Below, piece after piece: positions 1 to 12,220 of a DNA stretch of 64,000 nt. Location of the stretch: the NCBI GenBank assembly GCA_026397315.1, contig JAPLVC010000006.1, positions 64,001 to 128,000 of the forward strand, given 5' to 3'. A program made the translations under genes and the position numbers. This stretch comes from Candidatus Aenigmatarchaeota archaeon (lineage in GTDB: Archaea; Aenigmatarchaeota; Aenigmatarchaeia; QMZP01; QMZT01). Each line of letters starts with the position of its first letter. Position 1 is the first letter of the stretch. The notes under the pieces are model-generated. The model saw only the letters and a program-made list of their open reading frames with translations. It did not search any database and was not told the origin of the DNA.

Positions 1-1207
<1,207 letters not shown>

Positions 1208-1343
1208 TTATTAATTCTGCAGGCATGACAAGCAGTTACATACAATACGAGTTGGTGGACAAGATTACGAAAATGTTCGAAATTTATATTAATAATACAA
1301 TATAATTAACTAACTTTGTATGGGTAGTGGGAGAGGTGTGTTT

Positions 1344-2513
1344 ATGAAAAAAGAGATGTTATCGGTTTTCGTGATTGGAGCGTTCATGCTTACAATCATG
1401 TCTTCGGCCTTCGCGGCCACGATGGTGACAGAGGGTCTGCAAATAATACTAACACAGCAGAATCCGTATCCCGTCGAGCCTGGTCAGGTCGTGGACATAG
1501 AAATCTCGCTGCAGAACAACGGTTACGCCGAGGCGCAGAATATAATACTTGAGATAAATCCCAATAACCCGTTCACGCTTTTGCCCGGCCAAGAGAAGAC
1601 CAAAAGCTTTTCCAGAATAGCCGCTCGCGATCACGTTACGGCCACATACAAGCTGCTCGTCGCTCAGGATGCGATATCCGACAACTACGAGCTCGATTTC
1701 AAATATTACCAGCCAGGCAGCACCGACGTGCAGAGCACGGACAAGGTGAGCATACAGGTCCAGGGAAAGCCGAAGCTCGTGCTGGACGGCATAGTAACGG
1801 ATCCGGATGAAATACAGCCCGGCGACACGGTGGTGATAAAGGCTAGAGTAAAGAATCTCGGAACTGGTTCCGCTTCGCTGACAGAAGCGAATCTTTTTTC
1901 CAACACAACGTACATACTTCCGGTTTTTTCAGGCGGCATGTATTACATGGGTGAAATAAATCCAGGACAGACAGCCGAGGCGACGTTCACCATGAGCATA
2001 GACAATTCCGCCGAATACAAAAACTACCCCAGCATGCTCACGCTTTCTTACAAGGATGAAAGCGGGGAAGACCAGGCGACAAATTTCTACGTCGGCATGC
2101 CCGTAAGAGGAAGCCCCGTAATAGAGATATTGAATGCTAAAGTGGAAAGCGCGGACTTCAAGGTCGACCTTGAGAACATAGGCACTGCCAATGCGAAAGC
2201 GCTTAAAATTTCTCTCGTGCAGGGTGGACAGGTAAAGGACTCGCAGATTGCCAGCGAATTGCGGCCGTCAAAGCAGAAGACGCTGCGTTTCCGCGGCTTC
2301 GAGTACGGCAATGCGATAATAAACATTTCCTATCTGGATGAGAGCAACAAATTTTTCAGCAACGAAATTCCGGTTTCCATTGCCCAGTCAGCATACTCCG
2401 AAGAGCAGGCCGGCAACGGCGGCCTTTCGCCGCTAGTGCCGATACTGATAGTGGTCGTGGTGCTGGAAAGCTATTACGTGTGGAGACTACGCAAAAAGTC
2501 CGGCAGCAAATAA
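1344..2513 (+). CDS. COG1361-type S-layer/CARDB-like Ig-domain membrane-anchored protein, associated with ABC exporter
   Basis: Signal peptide, repeated P-x-(V/I)-x-P-G Ig-like modules, C-terminal TM plus basic tail; GGAGAGGTG upstream. Confidence 0.75.
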   Translation: MKKEMLSVFVIGAFMLTIMSSAFAATMVTEGLQIILTQQNPYPVEPGQVVDIEISLQNNGYAEAQNIILEINPNNPFTLLPGQEKTKSFSRIAARDHVTATYKLLVAQDAISDNYELDFKYYQPGSTDVQSTDKVSIQVQGKPKLVLDGIVTDPDEIQPGDTVVIKARVKNLGTGSASLTEANLFSNTTYILPVFSGGMYYMGEINPGQTAEATFTMSIDNSAEYKNYPSMLTLSYKDESGEDQATNFYVGMPVRGSPVIEILNAKVESADFKVDLENIGTANAKALKISLVQGGQVKDSQIASELRPSKQKTLRFRGFEYGNAIINISYLDESNKFFSNEIPVSIAQSAYSEEQAGNGGLSPLVPILIVVVVLESYYVWRLRKKSGSK

Positions 2514-2532
2514 GCCATAGCGCAGGTTTAGG

Positions 2533-3219
2533 ATGGTAAACATGAAAAAAGTATTGTTTGAGCTGAAGGACGTCTGGAAGATTTACTGCATGAAAGGCAC
2601 CGAGACGCAGGCGCTGAGAGACATAAGCCTGAAAATAGAGAATGGCGAATACGTAGCGATAGTCGGTCAGTCTGGCTCCGGCAAATCGACGCTCATGCAC
2701 GTTATCGGATGCCTCGACACGCCCACGCGCGGCAGCGTAGTCGTCGACGGGAAAGAGATATCCCAGCTTGAGGACGACGACCTTGCCAAGATAAGAAGGG
2801 AGAAGATAGGCTTCGTTTTCCAGGCTTTCAACCTTATAGACAGCCTTACTGCGGCCGAGAACGTGGCGATGCCGATGAGGTTCAATGGCTATGGAAAAGC
2901 GGAATCCATCAAAAGGGCAAAAGAGCTTCTCAAGAGGGTCGGCCTGGAGAAGAGGGTCGATCACAAACCAAACCAGCTTTCCGGAGGAGAACAGCAGAGA
3001 GTCGCGATATGCCGCGCCCTGGCGAACGACCCGGAAATCATACTGGCGGACGAGCCAACCGGCAACCTCGACAGCAGGTCAGGCAGCGAGATAATCGCGC
3101 TCATGGAAGAGCTTCACAAATCAGGCAAGACGATAATAATGGTCACCCACGACCAGAACCTTGCAAAGCGCGCGAAAAGGCAGATAAAACTGAAGGACGG
3201 ACAGATAGTGAATGAATAG
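2533..3219 (+). CDS. ABC transporter ATP-binding protein (LolD/MacB family)
   Basis: GQSGSGKST Walker [10 protein letters not shown] signature, [11 protein letters not shown]. Confidence 0.95.
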   Translation: MVNMKKVLFELKDVWKIYCMKGTETQALRDISLKIENGEYVAIVGQSGSGKSTLMHVIGCLDTPTRGSVVVDGKEISQLEDDDLAKIRREKIGFVFQAFNLIDSLTAAENVAMPMRFNGYGKAESIKRAKELLKRVGLEKRVDHKPNQLSGGEQQRVAICRALANDPEIILADEPTGNLDSRSGSEIIALMEELHKSGKTIIMVTHDQNLAKRAKRQIKLKDGQIVNE

Positions 3220-3221
3220 TT

Positions 3222-4349
3222 ATGATCGACTTTGCGCTAAAGGACCTGAAGGGGCACAGGGTTAGAACAATTCTCACGGGACTAGGGATACTCATAGCCA
3301 TAACGGCAATCGTTTCTCTCGGCTCAATATCGGCCGGCATAAATGAAATGGTCACATCAACCACGAGTAAAGTAGGCTCCGACACGATTTTCATCATGAA
3401 AACGTTTGATTTTTCAGAGATGTCCGGCCCTCCCACATCTTGGCAGATAAGCGACATCAGCCAGGAAGATGTCGAAGCCATAAAATCCTTGTCCGGCATC
3501 AAGCGCGCGGTCCCGGTTCTGTCAAAGAGCTTAGGCGGCATCATGGAAGTCGACGCTATCGACATAGACAATCTTGACATTTTCGGCGCTGACGACCTCA
3601 CGTTCAAGGAAGGCTCCATGCCCGGGAACGATGACCAGGGAGCCGCGCTCGGCTATACCGCGGCCAAGATTCTCGGAGTTGGCGCTGGCGACTACATAAC
3701 ACTCAACAAAAAAGAGGTCGAGGTAATGGGCATCATCGAGGAAGGATACGGGTCTTATGACCTTGTCATACTTTTACCTTACAAATACGGGGAGGAGATT
3801 TACGACGCGGAAGGCGAAGCGACTCAAATCATGGTGGAGCCGCAGGACGTTTCTCTTGTCGATGAAATAAAGAACACGGTCGCAGACGAATTTGAAGGCC
3901 TCGACGCCATGACCATGGAGGACGCCCTGTCCATGTCGAAACAGATGACCCAGACCCTCGATATTATGACGCTGGGTATAGGTTTCATCGCATCGCTTGT
4001 AGCGGCCATAGGCATCATAATAACTATGTATACGTCAGTACTCGAGAGAAGAAAACAGCTTGGCATAATGAAAGCCGTCGGCGCGCTAAGAAGGACGATA
4101 ATGAAGCAGATACTCGAGGAGGCGCTTCTGATTTCGCTGATAAGCAGCCTCATCGGCCTCGGCATATCTTTTGTTTTCGTGGACCTGATAAACAACGTCC
4201 TCCTCGGCGGGACGAAAATAGCGGTTATAACGCCGCTCCTTGGCATAGGGGCGGTTGCGTATGGCGTGATGATTACAATCATATCGAGCCTTTATCCCGC
4301 GTGGGTGGCGGTTAAAACCGATCCCATAGAGGCGATAAGAAAGGGTTAG
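3222..4349 (+). CDS. ABC transporter permease (MacB/FtsX family)
   Basis: RTILTGLGI N-terminal TM, large extracellular loop, ERRKQLGIMKAVGA, DPIEAIR C-terminus. Confidence 0.92.
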   Translation: MIDFALKDLKGHRVRTILTGLGILIAITAIVSLGSISAGINEMVTSTTSKVGSDTIFIMKTFDFSEMSGPPTSWQISDISQEDVEAIKSLSGIKRAVPVLSKSLGGIMEVDAIDIDNLDIFGADDLTFKEGSMPGNDDQGAALGYTAAKILGVGAGDYITLNKKEVEVMGIIEEGYGSYDLVILLPYKYGEEIYDAEGEATQIMVEPQDVSLVDEIKNTVADEFEGLDAMTMEDALSMSKQMTQTLDIMTLGIGFIASLVAAIGIIITMYTSVLERRKQLGIMKAVGALRRTIMKQILEEALLISLISSLIGLGISFVFVDLINNVLLGGTKIAVITPLLGIGAVAYGVMITIISSLYPAWVAVKTDPIEAIRKG

Positions 4350-4350
4350 C

Positions 4351-5457
4351 ATGCTTTGGGAAAACATCGTAAGGGAGTTCGGAAGGCACAAGTTCAGGAC
4401 AGCCCTCACGATACTTGGCGTCATGATAGGCATATTCCTCGTGACCAGCGTTTCTTCGTTTTCCGAGGGGATAATCTACTACGTCAACGACCAGATAAAA
4501 ATCACGTCCGGCCTTATCACAGTCCACCAGAGCGACATCGCAGGTTTCAACATCCAGGCCAGCGAGATAGACCAGGCCCTCGTGAGCGACGTGGAAGGCA
4601 TATCCGGCGTGGAAAAGGTCGCGCCCATACTTTACGCTAACATAGACGGCGTCGGCACCGCGATAGGCATATCAAAAGAAGGGGAAAACATACTGCGCGG
4701 CGTTAACATGGAGATAGAAGAAGGACGGGATTTCAGCGAGGGCCAGAAAGAAGTTGTTGCCGGAAAAACCTTCGCGGACAACAACAATTACGTAGTCGGC
4801 GACCTGATCAAGATTGAAAACACGGAATTTGAGATAGTCGGCATACTTCAGAAGACCGGCAGGAACGACATCGACAACGCGATAAATCTTGACCTACCCG
4901 AACTGCAGGATGCCACCGGTAAAAAAGACATGATAACCCTGATGATGATCCAGCCTTCCTCACCAGAAGACGCGGATTTCATCGAGCAGGCCATAAACGA
5001 TAATTTCGACGAGATAGCGGCGATGACGGACAAGAGCATAATGAATTCGGTTAATGATATGCTGGGCCAGCTCAATGCGCTGACCTTCGCCTTAGGCAGC
5101 ATCGCCGCTCTCATTTCCGGCATAGTGATAATGAACGTGATGATAATCGCCGTGCGCGAGAGACGCAGGGAAATCGGGACGATGAAAGCGATAGGAGCGA
5201 CCAACCGTCAGATTCTTCTGTCGATTCTGATGGAGTCTATATCCATAAGCCTTCTGGGAGCCGTGATAGGCGTGGCTCTCAGTTTCGGAGGCGCAGCCTT
5301 CATAAACAGCATACTGTTCAGTCCCATCGCCCTCATAACTCCGCGCCTCATGCTGCAGAGCATACTTTTTGCGACGTTAATAGGCGCGGTCTCGGGCATC
5401 CTTCCCGCAAGGCAGGCCGCAAAACTCGATCCCATAGAATCGCTGAGATATGAGTAG
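4351..5457 (+). CDS. ABC transporter permease (MacB/FtsX family), second paralog
   Basis: RTALTILG, ERRREIGTMKAIGA, LDPIESLRYE. Confidence 0.92.
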   Translation: MLWENIVREFGRHKFRTALTILGVMIGIFLVTSVSSFSEGIIYYVNDQIKITSGLITVHQSDIAGFNIQASEIDQALVSDVEGISGVEKVAPILYANIDGVGTAIGISKEGENILRGVNMEIEEGRDFSEGQKEVVAGKTFADNNNYVVGDLIKIENTEFEIVGILQKTGRNDIDNAINLDLPELQDATGKKDMITLMMIQPSSPEDADFIEQAINDNFDEIAAMTDKSIMNSVNDMLGQLNALTFALGSIAALISGIVIMNVMIIAVRERRREIGTMKAIGATNRQILLSILMESISISLLGAVIGVALSFGGAAFINSILFSPIALITPRLMLQSILFATLIGAVSGILPARQAAKLDPIESLRYE

Positions 5458-5464
5458 TTTCAGA

Positions 5465-6229
5465 TTATTCAGCAACAAGAATTTTTAGTGCAAATATCAC
5501 GGCTATGCCAAGGACTATCGTCAGGAGCTGGACGAATGATTTTTTGGTTTCATAGGCGTCCTTGTGAAGCTCCGGTATAAGGTCCGACGATGCGATGTAT
5601 ATGAAACCGCCGGCTGCGAACGGCACCAGAAAGGCCGTCAGGTTTTCCACGGCATAGCTCGCGATTATGGCGACTATGGTTCCTGCGACAGCGGTAAGCG
5701 CTGTGATGAAGTTCAGATAGAGCGCTTTTTTCCTGCTGAAACCGCCATGAAGCAGGACTCCGAAGTCGCCTATCTCTTGCGGTATTTCATGAAAAACAAC
5801 AGCCAGGGTAGTTACAATCCCAATTGGCACGGATGCCAAATAACTCGCGCCTATTATGAGGCCGTCTATGAAGTTGTGCACACTGTCCCCGACGAGATTC
5901 ATGTAGGCGAACGGGTGCGGGTGGCTTTTGCTCGTCGGGACGTGACAGTGGCGCCAGTGAACCGCTTTCTCCATGATGAAAAACACTATCATGCCTGATA
6001 AAACGGAAACAGATACCATCAGGCCGAAGCCGGACGCCTCGACGGCTTCTGGTAAAAGGTGTATGAAAGCGCCGCCTAGCAATCCGCCTGCCGAAAAACC
6101 GACGAGATAAAGCAGTATTTTTGCCAGTTTTTCTTCCTTTATGGAAATCGTTATTACGCCTATGAGAGAAATGGCACTAACGATTAGAACGCTCGCGATT
6201 GCATAAAGCCAGGTTTCCAGCAAAACCAT
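5465..6229 (-). CDS. ZIP family zinc/metal transporter
   Basis: HNFIDG and HEIPQEIGDF motifs, His-rich loop HWRHCH; probable start MVLLETW at 6229. Confidence 0.93.
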   Translation of the reverse strand: MVLLETWLYAIASVLIVSAISLIGVITISIKEEKLAKILLYLVGFSAGGLLGGAFIHLLPEAVEASGFGLMVSVSVLSGMIVFFIMEKAVHWRHCHVPTSKSHPHPFAYMNLVGDSVHNFIDGLIIGASYLASVPIGIVTTLAVVFHEIPQEIGDFGVLLHGGFSRKKALYLNFITALTAVAGTIVAIIASYAVENLTAFLVPFAAGGFIYIASSDLIPELHKDAYETKKSFVQLLTIVLGIAVIFALKILVAE

Positions 6230-6280
6230 GCAAACTATATTATTTTCTGGTATAAAAGCGCGCTCGAATTTAATATTTAT

Positions 6281-7582
6281 ATGGCCGATAAAGCTGCCCA
6301 TCCCGCGCTTAAAAGGGAGATAACCCTATGGCAGGCGACTCTTACTGGCATAGGCCTGATTCTGGGAGCAGGCATTTATGCGCTCATCGGAAAGGCGTCG
6401 GCAATCGCTGGTAACGGCGTGTGGCTGTCATTCGCACTGTCTGCGCTGGTGGCGATCTTTACGGGCCTGAGCTATGCCGAGCTCAGCTCAATATTTCCCA
6501 AGGCCGGTGCCGAATACGTTTACAGCAAGCATGCGTTCGGAAGGAAGCTTGCCTTCATAATAGGCTGGCTGGTAATAATATCCGGATTCGTATTCTCCGC
6601 AACGGTTGCGTTTGGCTTTGCCGGATACTTTGAAAAACTCTTCGGAGCGCCTTATCTGCTGACGGCAGTTGTGCTCATTTTGCTGCTATCCTTCCTGGTA
6701 TTCTACGGCATCAAGGAGTCGGTCTGGTTCGGAGTGGTGTCCACAATAATCGAGATGACAGGCCTTGTCATAGTAATCATACTAGGTATCCCTTACCTCG
6801 GCAGGGTGGATTATTTTGAATTTCCCAGCATTACAGGCGTCTTCACAGCCGCAGCGCTGGTCTTCTTCGCATACGTTGGGTTCGAGCAGATATCCCGTTT
6901 GTCCGAGGAAACGAAAAACCCGAAGATCAACATCCACAGGGCCACGCTGTTAGCCATCACAGTAACGACAATACTTTACATACTCGTCGCTATCTCTGCA
7001 GTCTCGATACTAGACTGGAACGTCTTAGGCGCTTCGACTGCCCCGATTGCGGACATCGCTTCAAAAATACTCGGACCGCAGGGCTTCATCGTTCTATCCG
7101 TAATCGCACTTTTCGCGACTGCGAACACGGTCCTCTTCATGATGGTGGCGACCGCGCGCATGATTTACGGAGTGGGCAAGTCGTTCTCTCACGAAAGCAT
7201 ATTGGCGCGCGTGCATTCTAAGACACGCACGCCCTGGGTGGCGACAATCATAACTGCCGTCTTTTCGGTTGTCGCATTAGGCTTCGGAAAAATCGACGTA
7301 GTCGCGAACATGACCGACTTCCTGATATTCGTCGTGTTCATAGTCATAAACGCCGCGGCGATAAAGCTGCGCTACACCAGCGAGCGCGAAGCGCATCATT
7401 TCAAGATGCCGCTGAACATCGGACGCTTCCCATTGATACCTGTATTCGGGATAGTGTCATGCATCGCATTGATGGCCCACGTGAATCTCGAGGTAATGGT
7501 TTATTCCGTGATCACGATTGCCGTCGGCTTCGCGATAGCCGAAATCCTGGAGAGAAAAGGCATAAAGGCGAAGTTTGAGTAG
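6281..7582 (+). CDS. APC family amino acid permease
   Basis: GAGIY motif, YAELSS, FAYVGFE, about 12 TM segments. Confidence 0.92.
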   Translation: MADKAAHPALKREITLWQATLTGIGLILGAGIYALIGKASAIAGNGVWLSFALSALVAIFTGLSYAELSSIFPKAGAEYVYSKHAFGRKLAFIIGWLVIISGFVFSATVAFGFAGYFEKLFGAPYLLTAVVLILLLSFLVFYGIKESVWFGVVSTIIEMTGLVIVIILGIPYLGRVDYFEFPSITGVFTAAALVFFAYVGFEQISRLSEETKNPKINIHRATLLAITVTTILYILVAISAVSILDWNVLGASTAPIADIASKILGPQGFIVLSVIALFATANTVLFMMVATARMIYGVGKSFSHESILARVHSKTRTPWVATIITAVFSVVALGFGKIDVVANMTDFLIFVVFIVINAAAIKLRYTSEREAHHFKMPLNIGRFPLIPVFGIVSCIALMAHVNLEVMVYSVITIAVGFAIAEILERKGIKAKFE

Positions 7583-7583
7583 A

Positions 7584-7874
7584 CTAAGTTCGATTTTTTC
7601 GAAGCTTGTTTGTTCTGTCGTATTTTATTTTGAGCGAGATCAAAAAAATAACCATAACCGATTCAATGGTGGCAAATACCAGAAGTGGCAATATGGTGTT
7701 TATTGCAGCATATATCCCATACGATATTAAACCCATCAGGGATACTGCTGTCCACAACAAGGATATGTCTTTTGCCGATTTGGTTTTCCATGTCTTCACG
7801 AGTTGTGGCGCCAAAGCGACGGCAATTAAGAACCCTCCAATATAACCAACGAGTTCCAAGGTCATACCAATCAA
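7584..7874 (-). CDS. SemiSWEET/PQ-loop transporter
   Basis: APQLVKTWKTKSAKDIS PQ-loop motif, 3 TMs; AT-rich relative to flanks. Confidence 0.85.
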   Translation of the reverse strand: MIGMTLELVGYIGGFLIAVALAPQLVKTWKTKSAKDISLLWTAVSLMGLISYGIYAAINTILPLLVFATIESVMVIFLISLKIKYDRTNKLRKNRT

Positions 7875-7943
7875 GTTACATTCTTTTCATGCCAAGTTTT
7901 AAACTTCTTGTTTTTGATTAGGCTTTTTGGGTAAAAAACTTAA

Positions 7944-8027
7944 AGCGGAGGGAGGGAGTTGAACCCCCCTATGCCGGTATCTGCGAATTCGCTGCAGCCG
8001 GCCACATAGCCGCTTTGTTACCTCCGC
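7944..8027 (-). tRNA. tRNA-Cys(GCA) with a 13-nt intron at 37/38 (7979-7991)
   Basis: Reverse complement folds as a cloverleaf (GCGGAGG/CCTCCGC acceptor, GCCGG-CTGCAG^A-CCGGC anticodon arm, GGTTCAACTCC); BHB helix CTGC/GCAG with AGC and ATA bulges. Confidence 0.9.
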
Positions 8028-8236
8028 TTGTTTTCGGCTTTGTTTTGATTCCGGGATGTAATAATGTAATAATTACATAGTATATAGGTTATTAAAAATT
8101 ACATTTTTGTTTTCCCGCCGGTTTTCATCAAAAGCTTAAATCTATTTAAGAGGGCGCCGGGTTAACTTAAAATATCCAGGACAGTTCTTGTCCGGCTGCC
8201 TGGATTGTAATGCAATGATAATCGGCAAATTGCCTG

Positions 8237-9418
8237 GTGAATGAAAATATGTTACTTAATCCTCTGCTTGGTTTGGCGCTGTTGCTTTTCGGGGCAAAAA
8301 TAGGCGGCATTTTATTCGGCAAGCTCAAGCAGCCCAGCGTGATAGGCGAACTGGTGGCGGGCATCGTGCTCGGGCCGTCACTGCTGGCAATAGTGGATAC
8401 CTCGAGCCTCATCACAGAAATATCAAATCTTGGCCTTCTCTTCATGATACTGCTCGTGAGCCTCAGCATAGACTGGAAAATTCTCGAAGGGCGCGCAGAG
8501 CGCTTCAGCTGGATGGAGCTTACGAGAGTCATACTTGTCGTAATCGCAGTTTATGCCATAGGCACTGTGCTGGGCTGGAACATATACACGATGGTAGTGA
8601 TGGGAACGGTGATAGCGATAGCCAGCACGGCTATAGTCGCACGCACGCTCACCGACATGAAGCTTTTCGGTAGTGCGGAGGGGCAGACGCTCATAGGCCT
8701 CGAGGTCGTCGACGAAGTCGTCGCCATAGTCAGCGTGGCCATAATAGCCAACGTGGTGGGAGGCTCGGAGATAACGCTGTGGCCCATACTCACGACGATA
8801 TTCCTTGTGGTCGGGCTTTTCGTCGTAATGGGTCGCGTTGGTTTCAAGTTCGTCAAGAGGGCCACTGGCTCAATCCAGAAACACGGCATAGACGAAGCGT
8901 TGTTCGCTTTCACCTTGCTTTTCGCCTTCTTTTTGGGCAGCATGACTGAGGGGCTTAACCTCGCTTACGTGCTGGGCGTGTTCATTGCCGGCATGCTTCT
9001 TTGCAGGAGCGCGCAGCACCCGATAATAACGCGCAAGGTCAAGGAGATAGGTGAAGGCTTTTTCATACCGATATTTTTCGCCTCGGTCGGCCTTTCCATA
9101 AACCTTTTCTCGGCATACGACCAGATAATCCCGATACTGATGATAATGGGCATAGTGGTCGGCGTCAAGCTAGTCACGGCCATGACGGCTTTCAAGATGT
9201 TCCATTACAATCTCTCGGACGCGCTGAAGCTTTCGTCAGGCTTCGTCACACTCTCCGAGATGACGGCAGTGATAGTTGCCGTCGCTGTAGCGAAGCTTGA
9301 CCCGGTTTTCTACATCGGGCTTATAGCGTCGTTCGTACTGATTAACGCAGTCTCACCGCTTCTGATAAAATTCGCATTCGGCCGCAAGTCAAGCGCAAAC
9401 AGAAGAGGATGGAGCTAA
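8237..9418 (+). CDS. Cation:proton antiporter (CPA2/Kef-like)
   Basis: QPSVIGELVAGIVLGPS, VVDEVV, FIPIFFASVG motifs. Confidence 0.88.
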   Translation: MNENMLLNPLLGLALLLFGAKIGGILFGKLKQPSVIGELVAGIVLGPSLLAIVDTSSLITEISNLGLLFMILLVSLSIDWKILEGRAERFSWMELTRVILVVIAVYAIGTVLGWNIYTMVVMGTVIAIASTAIVARTLTDMKLFGSAEGQTLIGLEVVDEVVAIVSVAIIANVVGGSEITLWPILTTIFLVVGLFVVMGRVGFKFVKRATGSIQKHGIDEALFAFTLLFAFFLGSMTEGLNLAYVLGVFIAGMLLCRSAQHPIITRKVKEIGEGFFIPIFFASVGLSINLFSAYDQIIPILMIMGIVVGVKLVTAMTAFKMFHYNLSDALKLSSGFVTLSEMTAVIVAVAVAKLDPVFYIGLIASFVLINAVSPLLIKFAFGRKSSANRRGWS

Positions 9419-9453
9419 GTTATTTTTAAAAAGCTGAATTTTAAGAATTAATT

Positions 9454-10035
9454 ATGGCCGACCCATCATCAATTATCCCAAGCTTACCTTTCCAGAATAT
9501 AAATGAAATGATAATTTTCGGTATGTTGGTGGTGTCTGGTTTCATCTATCTTTTTTATTGGAGAACTGATAAAAAATTTTCTAAAGAAACTATCAAATTT
9601 GAGTTCGATGTTTTGCTTTTTAGCCTCGTTTTCAGTTCGATTTTCATAATTATAACTCTCGGTACAATCACGACTCTGAATATGATGACTGTGAGTTCAA
9701 TGGGGAAAATGCTGTTCCCTGACGAAAAAATTATCTCATTTGATTTCTTGGCATATGAATATGCAATCGTTCTATTTTTCATTATCTTTCTGAATCAGAC
9801 AAAGGTTAGAAGGTGGATTGACAGTTCCACTAAGAAGTTTTATGAAAAAGGTCTTGGTTTTCATGGTTTAGTAATAGGGATAGTTGTCATGGGGCTTGTT
9901 GGTTTATACTTTTCTAACATGCTAATTAATATCTCAATTGTTATTTTGTTGATAACATTTTGTTTCATACTGATACCACTTCTTATCGTAATCGAAATAA
10001 CTAAAAGATTGCTTAAAAATAAAAGTTTAATTTGA
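9454..10035 (+). CDS. Hypothetical membrane protein (AT-rich)
   Basis: 193-aa ORF with about 5 TMs, low GC, TTTTTAAA box about 25 nt upstream. Confidence 0.65.
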   Translation: MADPSSIIPSLPFQNINEMIIFGMLVVSGFIYLFYWRTDKKFSKETIKFEFDVLLFSLVFSSIFIIITLGTITTLNMMTVSSMGKMLFPDEKIISFDFLAYEYAIVLFFIIFLNQTKVRRWIDSSTKKFYEKGLGFHGLVIGIVVMGLVGLYFSNMLINISIVILLITFCFILIPLLIVIEITKRLLKNKSLI

Positions 10036-10038
10036 TTT

Positions 10039-11517
10039 TCAGTAAGCTTTGGCGAATAGTGCGGTCGCTTTCGCTGGTTTGCCGCAGATGGTGCATTTTC
10101 CTTCGCTGGTTTCGCTTTCTATGCAGCGGATGGTGGCGGTAGTTTTCTCCTTTGTCTTCTCCTCGCATTCCGCGTAGCCGCACCAGTGGGCGCGGACCAT
10201 CTTCCTGTTCTGTATGAGCTTTTCCAGCTCTTCGAAGTTCCTGGCATCCTTTATGTTCGCGGTCATGAACTCTTTCGCTTTTCTGAAAAGGTTTTCCTGT
10301 ATGAGCTCGAGCGTTTTCCCGGCCGCGTGCTCGACCTCGCTTTCCTTGACAGGTTTCTTCTCTCCGGAGTCGCGTCGCACGAAGACGACTTGCCCACTCT
10401 TTATGTCGCGAGGCCCGATCTCTATGCGTAGCGGCACGCCTTTCATTTCCCATTCGTTGAACTTCCAGCCAGGCGAATATACGTCGCGGTCGTCCAAGCG
10501 GACGGAAAATTTACCCTCAAGTTTCTCCCTGATTTTTTCGCCTTCTTTCAGAACTTCAGCTTTCGTGTCGTTGTCGTAAATCGGGATTATGACTATCTGT
10601 ACCGGGGCGACTTTCGGCGGGAGAACAAGGCCCTTGTCGTCGCCGTGGGCCATGGTGAGCGCGCCTATCGTGCGCGTCGTCAAACCCCACGATGTCTGCC
10701 AGACTAGTTTCTCCTTACCCTCGTCGTCCATGAACTTGATGTCGAACACTTTTGCGAAATGCTGGCCGAGTTTGTGCGACGTCGCCATCTGCAGGCCGCG
10801 CCCGTCAGGCATCAGCGCCTCTAGGGCGATGGTGTAGTCCGCGCCGGCGAACGTTTCGCTCCTCGACTTCTTGCCCATGAGGACCGGAATCGCGAGCTGA
10901 GTTTCTATAAGCTCCCTGTATTGGCTCGCGCGGAGGGCGACTTCCTTTTCGCATTCCTCCTCGGTTGCATGCGCGGTGTGACCTTCCTGCCATAGGAATT
11001 CGCGCGTGCGAAGGAATAGCCTAGTCGCTTTCACTTCCCAGCGGATTATGTTGCACCACTGATTTATGCGTAATGGAAGATCGCGCCAGGAGCGTATCCA
11101 TTTCGCGTAAGAATCATACATTATCGTTTCTGACGTCGGGCGCAGCGCGTAACGCTCTTCACCATCGTCTTTCTTCTCGACCCATGCGACTTCAGGCATG
11201 AAGCCTTCGAAATGCTCGGACTCCTTCTTCAGGAAGCGCTCGGGGATGAAGAGCGGGAAATACGCATTCGAGACGCCGGTTGCCTTTATCCTGTCATCGA
11301 ACCAGCGCTGTATCTTTTCCCATATGGCGAAGCCGTAAGGCCTTATGATCATGCAGCCGCTTATCGGAGCGTAGTCGGCGAGACCCGATTTTTGCACGAG
11401 CTGGTTATACCACTCGGAAAAGTCCTCGGACTTCTTGATTTTTAGTATGTCCGCTTCTTCTTTCGTCCCTTCAGGTTTTCTGACTTCGTGCTTTTGAACC
11501 GTTTTTTTGTGCTCCAT
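10039..11517 (-). CDS. proS: Proline--tRNA ligase (archaeal/eukaryotic type)
   Basis: LRPTSET, FLRTREFLWQEGHT, WQTSWG, C-terminal Zn domain and AKAY end. Confidence 0.97.
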   Translation of the reverse strand: MEHKKTVQKHEVRKPEGTKEEADILKIKKSEDFSEWYNQLVQKSGLADYAPISGCMIIRPYGFAIWEKIQRWFDDRIKATGVSNAYFPLFIPERFLKKESEHFEGFMPEVAWVEKKDDGEERYALRPTSETIMYDSYAKWIRSWRDLPLRINQWCNIIRWEVKATRLFLRTREFLWQEGHTAHATEEECEKEVALRASQYRELIETQLAIPVLMGKKSRSETFAGADYTIALEALMPDGRGLQMATSHKLGQHFAKVFDIKFMDDEGKEKLVWQTSWGLTTRTIGALTMAHGDDKGLVLPPKVAPVQIVIIPIYDNDTKAEVLKEGEKIREKLEGKFSVRLDDRDVYSPGWKFNEWEMKGVPLRIEIGPRDIKSGQVVFVRRDSGEKKPVKESEVEHAAGKTLELIQENLFRKAKEFMTANIKDARNFEELEKLIQNRKMVRAHWCGYAECEEKTKEKTTATIRCIESETSEGKCTICGKPAKATALFAKAY

Positions 11518-11634
11518 ACATCCACCAATACGATGACAATTACTAAATTGTTGGTCGAAGTTATTAAATAATCATTCCCGTTTTGTTTTGGGTAAATTAA
11601 ACTATAAATTACTGAAAACAAAGCTGACGGAGCG

Positions 11635-12063
11635 TTATACGCGCTCTTCCTCGTACGGCCTGTAATGGGTCAGTTCCCTGCCGATTATGTATCTGATGTT
11701 CTTGGATACTATATTGGTCGTTATCTTGCCGATTATCTTGCCGTCGCTAACGACCGCCAGTCTTCTTATCATTTTCTTGTCCATGATTTCGCTCGCCTTT
11801 GATACGTCTTCATTGGCGTCGATTGTTATGACTGGCGAGTTCATTATGCGCTTGACGGTCACGTATGCAGGATCCTTGCCCGTAGCCACGACTTTCCTCA
11901 GAATGTCCCTTTCCGTCACTACGCCGAGCGGCGTTCCGTTCTCGAAAACGAGCGCGGAGCCTGTAGCGTGCCTTTCGAGCGTCTTGGCAAGCTCGGTTAC
12001 AGTGGTTTCAGGGCTCACTTTTACCCATTCCTTCATGACGTCTTTTACCCTCAAGGATGACAC
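11635..12063 (-). CDS. CBS domain pair protein
   Basis: VKDVM...GVVTERDIL...IMNSPVITI...IRRLAVV; start uncertain (GTG at 12063). Confidence 0.85.
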   Translation of the reverse strand: MSSLRVKDVMKEWVKVSPETTVTELAKTLERHATGSALVFENGTPLGVVTERDILRKVVATGKDPAYVTVKRIMNSPVITIDANEDVSKASEIMDKKMIRRLAVVSDGKIIGKITTNIVSKNIRYIIGRELTHYRPYEEERV

Positions 12064-12220
12064 CAAAATATATTGGAACTGTAAATCTTTAAAAAGACCT
12101 CCCACATATAATATATGCTCATAGATGCCACAAACTCGGCGGCGCATAACCCTATGTGCCAATGCTGACAGGCATTTATGACGAAGATGTGAGCTTAATT
12201 ACATTCAGAAAATTAAGTTT

